Shown: positions 28,673-38,160 of the stretch, piece after piece
Numbering within the stretch: position 1 is the stretch's first letter
How the letters are laid out: the number at the start of each line of letters is the position of its first letter
Virus record (IMG/VR): IMGVR_UViG_3300027972_000014
Coordinates: 1 to 55,182 of that record
Reading direction: 5' to 3' (one strand)
Source: a virus
Taxonomy: Duplodnaviria > Caudoviricetes
Length of the DNA stretch: 55,182 nt
Translations under genes and position numbers: made by a program
The notes under the pieces: generated by a model
The model's database searches: none
Told to the model about the DNA's origin: nothing
Seen by the model: only the letters and a program-made list of their open reading frames with translations

Positions 28673-29268
28673 ATTGACGGCAACGCCAGAACATAAGGCT
28701 TAACTTGATAAAGCACTCTCAAAAATGCCAGCCGTTCGTCGCCCTTTTCTTCTCGCCATAACCTAAATAATTCCTCTGTTGCCGTACACTGGCGAGCAAA
28801 GACCAGCCTTGTATCATAGACAGGCACTCTCATTTCGTGAATGATAGCCTGGGTATACTGTCGTTCTTTCTCTGTGCCGATGTCACGCGCCAGTAGGTTG
28901 TAGTCGGTAATCGGGACGGCAATTTCCCAACGGTCGAGCAGGTGTAATCCTATCGGTATCAGGTTCTTATTTAGCGGAAAGTCAGGAGACCATATAACGG
29001 TCTTTTCAAACTTGACTTCTAGCCCGCCCTCAATTACTTCCAACCCATCATATTCAAATTTAACATTCTTGCGTAGGACAATTCCAGCATCGGGGGGGAT
29101 AATATCTCGCCTGGCGACGATATTCAATATTTCGCATTGGCCGGTTGCCAACCAATTGCGGGCGTCGTGTTTGCCAACTTCGATAAAGTCACCGGCATAA
29201 CGCATTATCGTCTTGCCGTTCTCTTCGACTATCTGAGATGATAGCAGTTTGACCCAAACCTTACTCAT
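28660..29268 (-). CDS. Hypothetical protein, degenerate GT-A-like C-terminus
   Basis: LFRLWREE..DERLAFLRVLY..K...LALP..W parallels the neighbouring GT. Confidence 0.55.
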   Translation of the reverse strand: MSKVWVKLLSSQIVEENGKTIMRYAGDFIEVGKHDARNWLATGQCEILNIVARRDIIPPDAGIVLRKNVKFEYDGLEVIEGGLEVKFEKTVIWSPDFPLNKNLIPIGLHLLDRWEIAVPITDYNLLARDIGTEKERQYTQAIIHEMRVPVYDTRLVFARQCTATEELFRLWREEKGDERLAFLRVLYQVKPYVLALPSIWKA

Positions 29269-29323
29269 ATAGTTTATGGGGGGAGCGACTTGCCCCCCCC
29301 ATCCTTTCGTGTTTGAATTTGGC

Positions 29324-29761
29324 TCAGTCTACAATTTCAGTCCAGTTCGTGGTGGGAACAGCAGCGAAGCGAGGCTCAAGGCCAAACAGGGTATAAGCCA
29401 GTTCGACACCTGAAACCGTGATGACCATTCGCACCTGGACACAATCAAAGTCATTGTTGACATCAAGCTCTTCGGTGCGTAATTCGATACAACACAGGTC
29501 ATCCATATCACCCGGTTGGGTGAATTGCGTCAATTGCTTCCCGGTAATAGCTTTTGCTCCTGTGCCATTGGTATCCTGTGCCTGGCGCAATGATACGGTA
29601 CAGGTGGCCCCAGGGCCAGTATCGCCCAGGTTAAAAACCAAAGCCGCCCGGTGATAAGTAGACAACGACACCCAGGCGCTATCAATTGTCCCCGGTACTT
29701 GCTGGTCGGCAAATTCGGTGAGTAACGGATAGGCTAATTCAGTAAAACGTGCAGTATACAT
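29324..29761 (-). CDS. Putative capsid decoration/minor capsid protein
   Basis: Directly after the capsid gene; QAQDTNGTGAKAI...ELDVNNDFDCV. Confidence 0.6.
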   Translation of the reverse strand: MYTARFTELAYPLLTEFADQQVPGTIDSAWVSLSTYHRAALVFNLGDTGPGATCTVSLRQAQDTNGTGAKAITGKQLTQFTQPGDMDDLCCIELRTEELDVNNDFDCVQVRMVITVSGVELAYTLFGLEPRFAAVPTTNWTEIVD

Positions 29762-29794
29762 ATTGTGTTACCTCCTTAATATTTGTTTAACAAT

Positions 29795-31111
29795 TTAGCT
29801 CGAAGGCGTTGGGCCAAGTTTAACGAACGGCGAGACGGTCGTGGTCCCGTCACTGTAAGTCAACGGCGCTCGTAACCAGGGCTGACCATCCACACGGCTG
29901 ACACACCGCCACGAGGTCAGGTCATACCGGAAACGGTACGCCTTCGTGCTGTCAATGGTGATGCTGGTGCGGTCTCCAATCAGATACTTTGACCAGTCCA
30001 CCAAAAGCACGCTGCCGTCTTGCCCAGGTAACGGCATTTGCTCCACGTAAAAGACCGGGAAACCGAACAGCGTCGCCGGTGCGCCTTCGCGAGCGTTGGG
30101 AATGAACACATAGGACGGATTACCTACCGGGCCATTGAGCCGTAACAGTTGATCCATCCAACGGCGGTTGAGCATCCAGATTGGGTTTCTCCCCTGGAAG
30201 CTCATCAACATCGTGGTGAAGTCCTGCACCGCCAAAGCGTTGACTGCCTGCGGAGCAACTGAGATAGTCGCCCCTGCCCCGATAACTCCAAGCGGCATAC
30301 CCGCGCCAGTACCATTGATAAAGGCGTTCTGCCGTTCCCAGGAGGTCGCCCCGGCGAATGCAGCCCGCAAGATAGCCTCCAAAGAAACAATGCTATCTTC
30401 CAGGAGTTCGTCGCTGGCTTCGGTGTAACATACCAGCTTATGCGCTACAAGTTCAATCTGGTCAAAGGTCGGGTCGTTTTCGGTTTTGTAAGTCGCTTCC
30501 TCTGTCCAGTTAGCCTGCACGCCGCCCCACCAGTGCGGGACGCCTGCGGTCGTGGTCGTCTGGTGCAACACCGGGAAGGTGATACTGCGCCGTTTCATCG
30601 GGATTTTGGTGGCCCGGCTTTCGCAGACCATATTATCGCCGGTATCCTCCCATTGCAGCAGTGAAGTACCGGACTCGGTAGGAACAAGGAAACCGCCAGA
30701 CGTGCCGACATTTTCAACAGCAGTCTTGGTTTCAGGCCAGCCGCTTTCGCCTGTCTTTGGTTCGGCAGGTTCGCTGTTATCTCGGAATGATTTCAGGAAG
30801 CGGTTAGGTTTGCCCCCGTATTTCACCGCGTGTATTTCAGCCAGGAAGTCACCCAGGCTTTTGAAGCCCGTCGCCTGAGGTTCTGGTTTTGACGAGCCTC
30901 CGGCTGCGATAGCTTTGGCTGCCATTGCCTCGCCGGCCTCTTTGATTTGCAACAGGGCTTCGATGTCTTTGGTCAAGCTTTTGGCATCCTCGACCATTTT
31001 ATAAGCCGGAACTTTCTCGTCGTCGGTCACACCGGCTTTGGTTAAAATGGCTTCGGCGTCTTTGAGCAACTTAGTGTGTTGCTCCTTCAATTCTAAAATT
31101 CGGTCACTCAT
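29795..31111 (-). CDS. Major capsid protein (HK97 fold, with delta domain)
   Basis: GGFLVP; SDELLEDS; AFINGTGAGMPLGV; RVDGQP. Confidence 0.95.
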   Translation of the reverse strand: MSDRILELKEQHTKLLKDAEAILTKAGVTDDEKVPAYKMVEDAKSLTKDIEALLQIKEAGEAMAAKAIAAGGSSKPEPQATGFKSLGDFLAEIHAVKYGGKPNRFLKSFRDNSEPAEPKTGESGWPETKTAVENVGTSGGFLVPTESGTSLLQWEDTGDNMVCESRATKIPMKRRSITFPVLHQTTTTAGVPHWWGGVQANWTEEATYKTENDPTFDQIELVAHKLVCYTEASDELLEDSIVSLEAILRAAFAGATSWERQNAFINGTGAGMPLGVIGAGATISVAPQAVNALAVQDFTTMLMSFQGRNPIWMLNRRWMDQLLRLNGPVGNPSYVFIPNAREGAPATLFGFPVFYVEQMPLPGQDGSVLLVDWSKYLIGDRTSITIDSTKAYRFRYDLTSWRCVSRVDGQPWLRAPLTYSDGTTTVSPFVKLGPTPSS

Positions 31112-31117
31112 AATTGT

Positions 31118-32128
31118 TTACCTCCATACATCGGCTTTTAGCCGTTCAATTTTGATTAAGGTTAAATAGTCAACGGGTGCATTCTTTCCCTCTTGCGGCC
31201 CGGTCTCTGGTAAGATGGGTGCAGGGACATTCTTTTGCGGCCCGGTTGTTTCTTCGGTTTCTTCTTCGTCATCATCAGCCAGCATTGCCAGGATACCGGC
31301 ATCGTCAAGAGCTTCTTTGAGCGCATCATAAGCTCGCTTGATACGGTCAGCATTACGGCGAGCCAGGACACGGCCAGCCTTTGCTTCTGTTACCGGCTCA
31401 TCAGCTTTACCTGGTGTAGGTTTGCCTTCGTCGGTGTTTGCATACAACGCCTCAACTTGCGCTATGGCTTCATCCTCCGTGTCGTGTTCGCCTAATGGCT
31501 TGCCGGTTGGTTTGCCGTCGGCGTCAAGCTTGTAGACGCGCCATTTGCCGTCTTCACGGATAGCGCGGTATGGCTTGCCTTCGGTTGGCTCGGCAGATTT
31601 GGCACTTAACGTAGTAGCCGCCTGATTCATCCCAAAAATTGTGGGCGAGTACTCATATAATTTTAGTGTTCTGAGGTTTCTAGCAGTTACTTCTTTGCCG
31701 TCTCTTTGCGCTATCGAATTATCGGAATCCATTGTATCGTAACCGATTGACCAATCACCCACTGCCCCTTGCTTGATACGTTCAAAAGCGCCCTTACCCT
31801 CTGGCGTATCAAGCAAAAATTGGGTCTTTGCCCAAAGAGCGCCGGTTGCCTCCGGGTATTCATTCAATAAGGATTGTGGTAACTCTACTTTCTCAAGTTC
31901 GCGGATAGATAGGGGCTTGCCAATAACCCGTAAAATACTATCCGTATTATGTGAATCAAGTACTCTAATTTTAAGACCACGTTCGCTTAACGTTTTACGA
32001 AAAGCCGATGGGTGGATAATATCATCACCCTCATCTAAGTTGCCCATAACAGCCACGATAGACTCAACGATACCCTGGTCAGTATCAAGTATCTTTGTTT
32101 CAAATGCTCTAAAAACTTTGTGTTCCAT
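31118..32128 (-). CDS. HK97-family prohead protease
   Basis: GNLDEGDDII..SAF..T; LDSHN; WSIGY; LYEYSPTIFGMN. Confidence 0.92.
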   Translation of the reverse strand: MEHKVFRAFETKILDTDQGIVESIVAVMGNLDEGDDIIHPSAFRKTLSERGLKIRVLDSHNTDSILRVIGKPLSIRELEKVELPQSLLNEYPEATGALWAKTQFLLDTPEGKGAFERIKQGAVGDWSIGYDTMDSDNSIAQRDGKEVTARNLRTLKLYEYSPTIFGMNQAATTLSAKSAEPTEGKPYRAIREDGKWRVYKLDADGKPTGKPLGEHDTEDEAIAQVEALYANTDEGKPTPGKADEPVTEAKAGRVLARRNADRIKRAYDALKEALDDAGILAMLADDDEEETEETTGPQKNVPAPILPETGPQEGKNAPVDYLTLIKIERLKADVWR

Positions 32129-32176
32129 CTTCTCCCCCAATTTGGCGAGCCTGCCAATTTGTGTTATAATTACTCA

Positions 32177-32237
32177 GGGATAGGATTGACCTAGCTAGTC
32201 AACCCGAAAAGTCCGTCACCGATAATGGGCCTTCCCA
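32177..32237 (+). ncRNA. Compact structured 5' leader of the endonuclease gene
   Basis: gggatagg-ttgac...gtcaa-cccgaaaag...cttccc; TATAAT just upstream. Confidence 0.4.
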
Positions 32238-32289
32238 ATTTCACTAAAAAATAATGTCGGTCGCTATCCTTTATCGGGAGGATTTTTCT

Positions 32290-32988
32290 ATGTCCAAAAA
32301 TCATATACCAAATAGAACTTGTATCAGATGTGGTAAACAATTCTTTACTATAAAAAGCAATCCTAAAAAATATTGTTCTTTTGAATGCTATGCTCAATAT
32401 AGACGCGAAGTGGAAAATACGAAATATAACCCAAGTTTCAAAGGGGTTGAATGTATATGTCAAAAATGCGGTAAAATATTTGTTATTAGTCAATGCGAAT
32501 TTGCAGCCGGATATGGAAAATATTGCTCTATGGCTTGCCGTAGACTTCCAAGAGAAGAATACATTTGTAAACTTTGTGGCAAGAAATTCTATCGGTTGCC
32601 ATGCCAAGTTGCCACAGAAGGATATGGTCAATTTTGCTCTATATCTTGTCGCCAAAAATATACTTGTATGACCGCTTTTCGTAGGAAACCGTCCTCTATC
32701 GAACAACTTCTTATAGATTCTCTTGACGCCAAAAATATTAACTACGAATTTCAGTACCCATTTATTAATTGTGTTCTTGATTTCGCTTTTCCGGCCCACA
32801 AATTGGCAGTCGAGGCCGATGGTACATATTGGCATAGCCTTGATAATGTCAAAGAAAAAGATAAGCGTAAAGATAAAAAGTTGATAGAGAATGGTTGGAC
32901 TATCCTTCATTTTACTGAGGATGAAATTCACGCTTCCCCATCGGTTTGTGTTGAAAAAATCGTTGCTCATCTAAATATCCAGAAATAA
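32290..32988 (+). CDS. DUF559/Vsr-like PD-(D/E)XK endonuclease with N-terminal Zn-finger repeats (homing-endonuclease-like)
   Basis: Repeated CxxCGKxF...YCSxxC; FQYP...LDFAFP..KLAVEADGTYWH...DKRKD...GWTILHF; antisense to the head operon. Confidence 0.85.
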   Translation: MSKNHIPNRTCIRCGKQFFTIKSNPKKYCSFECYAQYRREVENTKYNPSFKGVECICQKCGKIFVISQCEFAAGYGKYCSMACRRLPREEYICKLCGKKFYRLPCQVATEGYGQFCSISCRQKYTCMTAFRRKPSSIEQLLIDSLDAKNINYEFQYPFINCVLDFAFPAHKLAVEADGTYWHSLDNVKEKDKRKDKKLIENGWTILHFTEDEIHASPSVCVEKIVAHLNIQK

Positions 32989-33066
32989 AAAACGGCCCTT
33001 GAGCCGTTCCTTTCGGTTTGCTCAAGAGCCGTGTGACTGCTAGTCAGTGGGCGATATTATTAAGTT
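32985..33066 (-). promoter_or_regulatory. Structured leader plus terminator motif, copy 2
   Basis: Same GCCCAC-hairpin-CACGGC-terminator layout as 20711-20795. Confidence 0.6.
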
Positions 33067-33213
33067 ACTATTCCCGTTTTCCTATCTTTGCCTCGGGCGG
33101 TAAGTAGCCAAGATTCAACTTGGCTAACAGGTACATCAGTGCCACAACTTGCCGAATTATCTGACACCACAATTCGGCCTTAGCCTCTATTGTACCATAT
33201 TTTTCGGTATTAT

Positions 33214-33468
33214 TCAACTCTTCGTTTCTGTCGGGCCGGGTTTGCGTTGCTCCTGTACCGGCTTCACTAAGAATTCTAGTGTCCATAATGCTCCACATTT
33301 ACAACGTGAAACGTCCCCGGGCAACTCCCCCGACTGCGGGATGGTAACAATTTGCTTACAAGTCGGGCAGATGTAGTGAATCGTTACACCGGCATTGAGA
33401 TGTGAGATAACGTGGTTAAATGATTTTGTCATAATTATATCCCCTTCGGAATCACGGTGCAGCGACAA
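33214..33468 (-). CDS. Small Zn-ribbon protein
   Basis: CPTC...CKCG; likely start MTKSF. Confidence 0.5.
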   Translation of the reverse strand: MSLHRDSEGDIIMTKSFNHVISHLNAGVTIHYICPTCKQIVTIPQSGELPGDVSRCKCGALWTLEFLVKPVQEQRKPGPTETKS

Positions 33469-35897
33469 TTACAAATTTCTCCAGCGGGTGCATTCATATC
33501 GCCCGGAAATTGCATATCATAACCACCTACGTTAAACGGTTTCCCCGTTTTAACCACTTGCCCATTAGCCGTTGCGTGCGTGTCTCGTACCCTGCTATCC
33601 ATAGTAGCCAGCCATTCTTTTTCAGGAGCACCCCACGCATCGTAAAGATTGGTCGAAACCACATTCATAGATTTTATGGTTTCTGTTCGTGCAATGTTTT
33701 CGCGCCGATACTGCGGCATTCTTTCAGTATACCACGCCAACTCATCAAGCGGCACGTCGCCGTCCATCCACTGCTTGAACATTACCTCTAACCGGCTGCG
33801 CATATTATCAATTGTCCAGCCCTCATCGGTAGCTTGCTCTACCATCCGCTTGATAGTCTCATTGGTTGTATCATTGATAGGCTGCGCGAAGCGGATAGTA
33901 TACTCATTGAACCATTGCTGCTTGAGTAACTTTGCCGCCGGGTAAGTTTGGTTAAATTCGCTATTAAGGTCTTTAACTTTGGCAGTCATTAGCGAGGTCA
34001 TTGGAGCGAGGAACGCATCCTTCCAAGTTACATTGTCGGTCAGGTATTTGGCAACGGACGCTCCAAACACCGCCCAGTCAATAGTGGCCTTTTGCCGCAA
34101 TGCCCCCGCTTTGCTCTTGCCAAGCAGGGCCAGTATAGCCCGCTTGTCCATTTCTAAAGCATTGACAGCCGCATCGCCAAATTCGCCCTCATAGTCACGG
34201 GCCAGTTGGTCAGCCTTATGCCAGAAGGCCGCTTTTTGTTCCTGACTCATTACCGACATTTTTATTGACTTTGCACCTGCTTCTTTTTCCTCTTCTTCTT
34301 CTTCTACCTCCGGCATACCTGCCTGGGTTTCATCTTGCGCGGGTTGTGGCTTAGGGATAGGTGTTGTCACTATTGGTTTGGCCGGCATACCTAATGAAGC
34401 AGCTACTATTCTTACCGCCCTGTCCTGAGCAATACCAACGGAGGTTAACAATTCGACGGCCACTAATTCAGCCATTGTACCGGCTGCTAATTGCGCCAAA
34501 ACATCTAACACGGAGGTGACTTGCGCCCCGTTTAATCCTACCGTACTGGCAAGATTTACCGGGCCTTCGTCGCCGCCTCCCGTTGGGGTACTACCTGCGG
34601 TTACGGCTTGTAGTTCTTTTTTGCTTCGCGCCGGTTGTTCGACAACTGACGTTGGCAATAGGTACACGTTACCATCATCTGCCGGGTCTTGCCCAATAGC
34701 AGCCCGGTACTCGTTGCGTAAAATACCACCGCTGATAAACGCCTGTCTCGCCTGTTCTCCTGCCTCTTGCGGGGTCATTGACAGGGCGGGCACTTTGGTG
34801 AAGTCAAACATCACGAACTCGCCGCGCTCGCCTTGCAGGTAATACTGATACTCTGCCTCAAATTCCTTTGTCTCAGACCACATTCTATCTTGCCAAAACA
34901 TCTTGCGGTCTTCACTGCGGTTATTGTATGTCGAGGCTACCAATTCCGGGCGGCTGGTAATGAGTGATAACGGCACACCAAAAGGCGCAACTATAAGCGA
35001 CTGGTTGCGCCCATCCAGCTTGCTCATATCCATTTCCGCAAACGTCAAACCAACGCGGGTGTACTTGCCGCCCTGGTCTAGCACGGCTAACTTCGCCCAT
35101 TCCTCATAGCCGCCGTATATTTCCATCAGCCGGGTACGAGCGGTCTTAATCTCATCATCAGTCATTGGCGTATCATAGCTAAAATAGCCGGGCGGCATTG
35201 CCCCGTTTTGAAAGAACAGTTGCAAGAAGTCTGTTATCATATTGTCAACGTTTATTGACTTTGCCGCAACAGAGCCGGGGGCAAGACCTTCGCCCAGTCC
35301 GTCAATATCGTCGCCAGGGTTGGGCATACGAATACACATTATCTCGCTGGCCTTGTAGGGTATGCCGTCATGCCAACCCCTGCCCTCCGGCACATAGTAG
35401 TAGCCAATAGGGTCAGGCCCGCGTGTTAGTGGCGTGATATAAACCCGGTCGGGTCGCAAGAGGTACATACTATCCGGCTGCCCGCCCACCTTCTTTATGT
35501 AAATGTAACAAGTTCCGGCAACGTTGGCAAAAATATCAGCCAACCCCTGGAAGGTCGGGCCGGACTGAAAGCGGTTAGGACGTAAGCATAACTTTTGGAG
35601 GGGATGGTCAGCCGGTAACAGTTCCGGCTTATCGAATGAGCCTTTATAGGCGCGAAGGGGTACGGACTTGAAGGCATAATACTTATACATTGCGGCGGAG
35701 TAGAGGATTGAGTTGCGATTGAAACCATCATTGATAAGTGACTGGTAGTCGCTGATGTGCCACATCGGGGTATTACTTTTCCACACCGGCCAGTAGAAGG
35801 GCAGGCCGCCCGCTTGTTTGGTTTGCAACGCGCCGAACCCGTGCCGGTAGAATTGAAAGGTGTATTTGAGCCGGTTAAATAACGATGGTTTTTTCAT
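33435..35897 (-). CDS. Portal protein fused to a MuF/SPP1 gp7-like minor head domain
   Basis: HK97 portal motifs LRPDRV, FFQNGAMP, FGVP; C-terminal IARTET...KEWLATMDSRVRDTH...NCRC. Confidence 0.92.
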   Translation of the reverse strand: MKKPSLFNRLKYTFQFYRHGFGALQTKQAGGLPFYWPVWKSNTPMWHISDYQSLINDGFNRNSILYSAAMYKYYAFKSVPLRAYKGSFDKPELLPADHPLQKLCLRPNRFQSGPTFQGLADIFANVAGTCYIYIKKVGGQPDSMYLLRPDRVYITPLTRGPDPIGYYYVPEGRGWHDGIPYKASEIMCIRMPNPGDDIDGLGEGLAPGSVAAKSINVDNMITDFLQLFFQNGAMPPGYFSYDTPMTDDEIKTARTRLMEIYGGYEEWAKLAVLDQGGKYTRVGLTFAEMDMSKLDGRNQSLIVAPFGVPLSLITSRPELVASTYNNRSEDRKMFWQDRMWSETKEFEAEYQYYLQGERGEFVMFDFTKVPALSMTPQEAGEQARQAFISGGILRNEYRAAIGQDPADDGNVYLLPTSVVEQPARSKKELQAVTAGSTPTGGGDEGPVNLASTVGLNGAQVTSVLDVLAQLAAGTMAELVAVELLTSVGIAQDRAVRIVAASLGMPAKPIVTTPIPKPQPAQDETQAGMPEVEEEEEEKEAGAKSIKMSVMSQEQKAAFWHKADQLARDYEGEFGDAAVNALEMDKRAILALLGKSKAGALRQKATIDWAVFGASVAKYLTDNVTWKDAFLAPMTSLMTAKVKDLNSEFNQTYPAAKLLKQQWFNEYTIRFAQPINDTTNETIKRMVEQATDEGWTIDNMRSRLEVMFKQWMDGDVPLDELAWYTERMPQYRRENIARTETIKSMNVVSTNLYDAWGAPEKEWLATMDSRVRDTHATANGQVVKTGKPFNVGGYDMQFPGDMNAPAGEICNCRCTVIPKGI

Positions 35898-35906
35898 TAT
35901 TCCTCC

Positions 35907-36164
35907 TTATTGTAGCCATATAAAAACGCCAGGATAGTAATGAATTACCACCGCCCCGACAATAAAACCGAGTACAAAAGATGCAAGTAACATGTTAAAG
36001 AGGGCAATATCCATAACTGATTTTTCTTTCACAATTTGCATCTGTATTTGTTCTTGTTCTTGTTCTATTTCTTTTATTAAAGAGTCTCGCTCATTCATCC
36101 CACAAAACTCCCTCGCCGCCCGCCCCCTGCGGCAAAATAGCGCAATACGTCCAAGTGATGCCAC
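35907..36164 (-). CDS. Small membrane protein (likely start MNERDS)
   Basis: Single hydrophobic helix. Confidence 0.45.
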   Translation of the reverse strand: MASLGRIALFCRRGRAAREFCGMNERDSLIKEIEQEQEQIQMQIVKEKSVMDIALFNMLLASFVLGFIVGAVVIHYYPGVFIWLQ

Positions 36165-37378
36165 ATACTCTTGTCGGCAATACCTTCTTTAGTGTCACGG
36201 ACGCAGTTCTCCAACTGGTCAATCGTCAAGGTCATATCACTGCAAACTTTTAGAATACCATTCTCAAACATTCTGTTTGTCAAATCTACTTGCGCCTCGA
36301 CATCGTCGGTTGGTGGTTGGCGAATGATAACACCCTCTTTTGAGTAGTCGAGCCGCTGTTGCTTCTCGCTTGGAGCGCCACCCCACCCGCCAACCACCTT
36401 GCGATTGACGAAATGCTTCTTCATCATCGCAGCCCTGGCCGGCGTTGTACCCTCCGGAAGTATCTCTTCGTAAACGAGATAGAACACGTCGCCTATCTTT
36501 GCGAATAGTCCAAAAGCCTCGTTAACTGCTCCAAAATCGTGAGCGTGATAAAACGAGGCGTTGGTCAAGTCGAGGTCGCCGGATGCAACCGCCAGACACT
36601 TGTCATTAAAGGCGTGGTAAACCAACCCGGCGCGGCGAATATTCCAGTCACCGTGTCGTAACCGTTGGAAGTCCACGCTGTCCAGTTGCGACAGGCCGCG
36701 CTCGTATTCGCTATTGCCATCAAGCCACAGGTACGGATTATCTTCCAACCTTGATTGAATGAATAACCTGGCCGTGCCAAGAGAGTCACCCGGCGTTGTC
36801 TCTGTATCCAATCCATTGACCCGCTTAAACCATTTCGGCTTGTCTGTAATGCCGGTATCCAGGAAACGCTTCTTAATCCAAAAGTGTCCAATGCCACCGG
36901 GGTTAAACGTTGAACGAATGTACAGGTTAACATCCGGGTTACTGCACCGGTTACGAGAGAACATAAACAAATAAGGTCTCTCTGAAAAATTCCCCAACTC
37001 GTCGAATCCAATCCAGGCATATTGCGGGCCGCTGATGTTCTCGATTGACTTCTCATCCTCAAGATAACTAAAACGGATAGTATTACCGTGATAATTTGGA
37101 AATGTCCAGGTGTAATTACCCTGATGGTAGACGCCGCCCAGGTGCGGGTATATCCTATGTGACAGGTTAACCAGGCCGTCGGCAGCCATAAGTTGTTTGT
37201 AGGTTCGCCGAAATAGAATTGCATTGTAGCCAGGTTTGGGCAATTGGTAAACCGCATCCAAGACCAGGCCAAAAGATTTAGCTCCGCCTGCTTGCCCACC
37301 AAAGCCAACCTCACGAATGGTTGAGCGGCATAGTTTCTCTTGTGGTGAGCCTGGAATAGGTCGTATCTCATTTGTCAT
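36095..37378 (-). CDS. terL: Terminase large subunit
   Basis: FGGQAGGAKS Walker A; WIGFDEL Walker B; STFNPGG; HDFG and HHLDVLRY nuclease motifs. Confidence 0.95.
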   Translation of the reverse strand: MTNEIRPIPGSPQEKLCRSTIREVGFGGQAGGAKSFGLVLDAVYQLPKPGYNAILFRRTYKQLMAADGLVNLSHRIYPHLGGVYHQGNYTWTFPNYHGNTIRFSYLEDEKSIENISGPQYAWIGFDELGNFSERPYLFMFSRNRCSNPDVNLYIRSTFNPGGIGHFWIKKRFLDTGITDKPKWFKRVNGLDTETTPGDSLGTARLFIQSRLEDNPYLWLDGNSEYERGLSQLDSVDFQRLRHGDWNIRRAGLVYHAFNDKCLAVASGDLDLTNASFYHAHDFGAVNEAFGLFAKIGDVFYLVYEEILPEGTTPARAAMMKKHFVNRKVVGGWGGAPSEKQQRLDYSKEGVIIRQPPTDDVEAQVDLTNRMFENGILKVCSDMTLTIDQLENCVRDTKEGIADKSMWHHLDVLRYFAAGGGRRGSFVG

Positions 37379-37898
37379 CTTTTGCCGGTAGAATAATCAG
37401 GGTTTGTTCAATTGGCCCGCCGCCTGCGCCGGTATGCTCCAATTTTGCAGGCGCATCTATACCAAGTATCTTACACCGCCGCTCGATACACCACTGTACA
37501 CCTTGCAAAAAACGAGGGTCGCCATTTCTGCCCTCTGCTTTTGAAATGGACTCAATAGGCGTTATCCTGGTTTCATCCTCTTGCCCCTGACGTTCTATTT
37601 TTGCGGCTCGTTGTTTAATTGATTTGCTCCTGAACTCTTCCAGGCTACGTTCCCACGCTTCCCAATTCGTCAATTCAAGCAAGTCAATACGGGCTAATTC
37701 TCTATTCTTGGCTTCGTTAAAATCAAATAGGGTATCCTTGCGCCACTGGGCGCGAATAAAGGTCAGGTCACGGCTAACCGTTGACTGGTCAACCTTAACC
37801 TGGTCGGCTATGTCCCATTGCGCCAGTCCCTTTAGGTATAATTCTGCTATTATTTTTCTATCGCGGTCTCTTTGAGCCGCCTGTCTTGTTTCTGCCAT
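37368..37898 (-). CDS. terS: Terminase small subunit (HTH)
   Basis: AQWDIADQVKVDQSTVSRDL; ERRCKILGIDAP.K.EHTGAGGGPI; directly upstream of terL. Confidence 0.8.
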   Translation of the reverse strand: MAETRQAAQRDRDRKIIAELYLKGLAQWDIADQVKVDQSTVSRDLTFIRAQWRKDTLFDFNEAKNRELARIDLLELTNWEAWERSLEEFRSKSIKQRAAKIERQGQEDETRITPIESISKAEGRNGDPRFLQGVQWCIERRCKILGIDAPAKLEHTGAGGGPIEQTLIILPAKDDK

Positions 37899-37923
37899 TA
37901 TGTTATGTACTCAGTATGTACTA

Positions 37924-38160
37924 TTATACCACATTCCTACCCGGTTGCGTAACTGTCTCCGCTGCCTCTATCGCCTGCGCTACGACAGCCCTTAATGCGC
38001 AGGCTATTTCCGATAGCGCGTCTCGCTGCGCGTCGGTGAGCGAACGCAGAAACGCCGCCGGGTCGGTCGCGGCGAGGTACTGCTGTAAAATGGTTTGGCT
38101 TGCGGTTGGGTCAGGCATTGGGACGCTCCAAGAGGACGGGCTGAATTTGAGTGTGGTCAA
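37924..38160 (-). CDS. Small hypothetical protein (paralog of 40284-40490)
   Basis: ILQQYLAATDPAAFLRSLTDAQ. Confidence 0.55.
   Translation of the reverse strand: MTTLKFSPSSWSVPMPDPTASQTILQQYLAATDPAAFLRSLTDAQRDALSEIACALRAVVAQAIEAAETVTQPGRNVV

Noticed and set aside
32191-32970. 259-aa minus-strand ORF
   Set aside because: Antisense shadow of the motif-rich plus-strand endonuclease
36565-37371. 268-aa alternative-frame ORF inside terL
   Set aside because: Fully overlaps a well-supported gene and has no recognisable motifs
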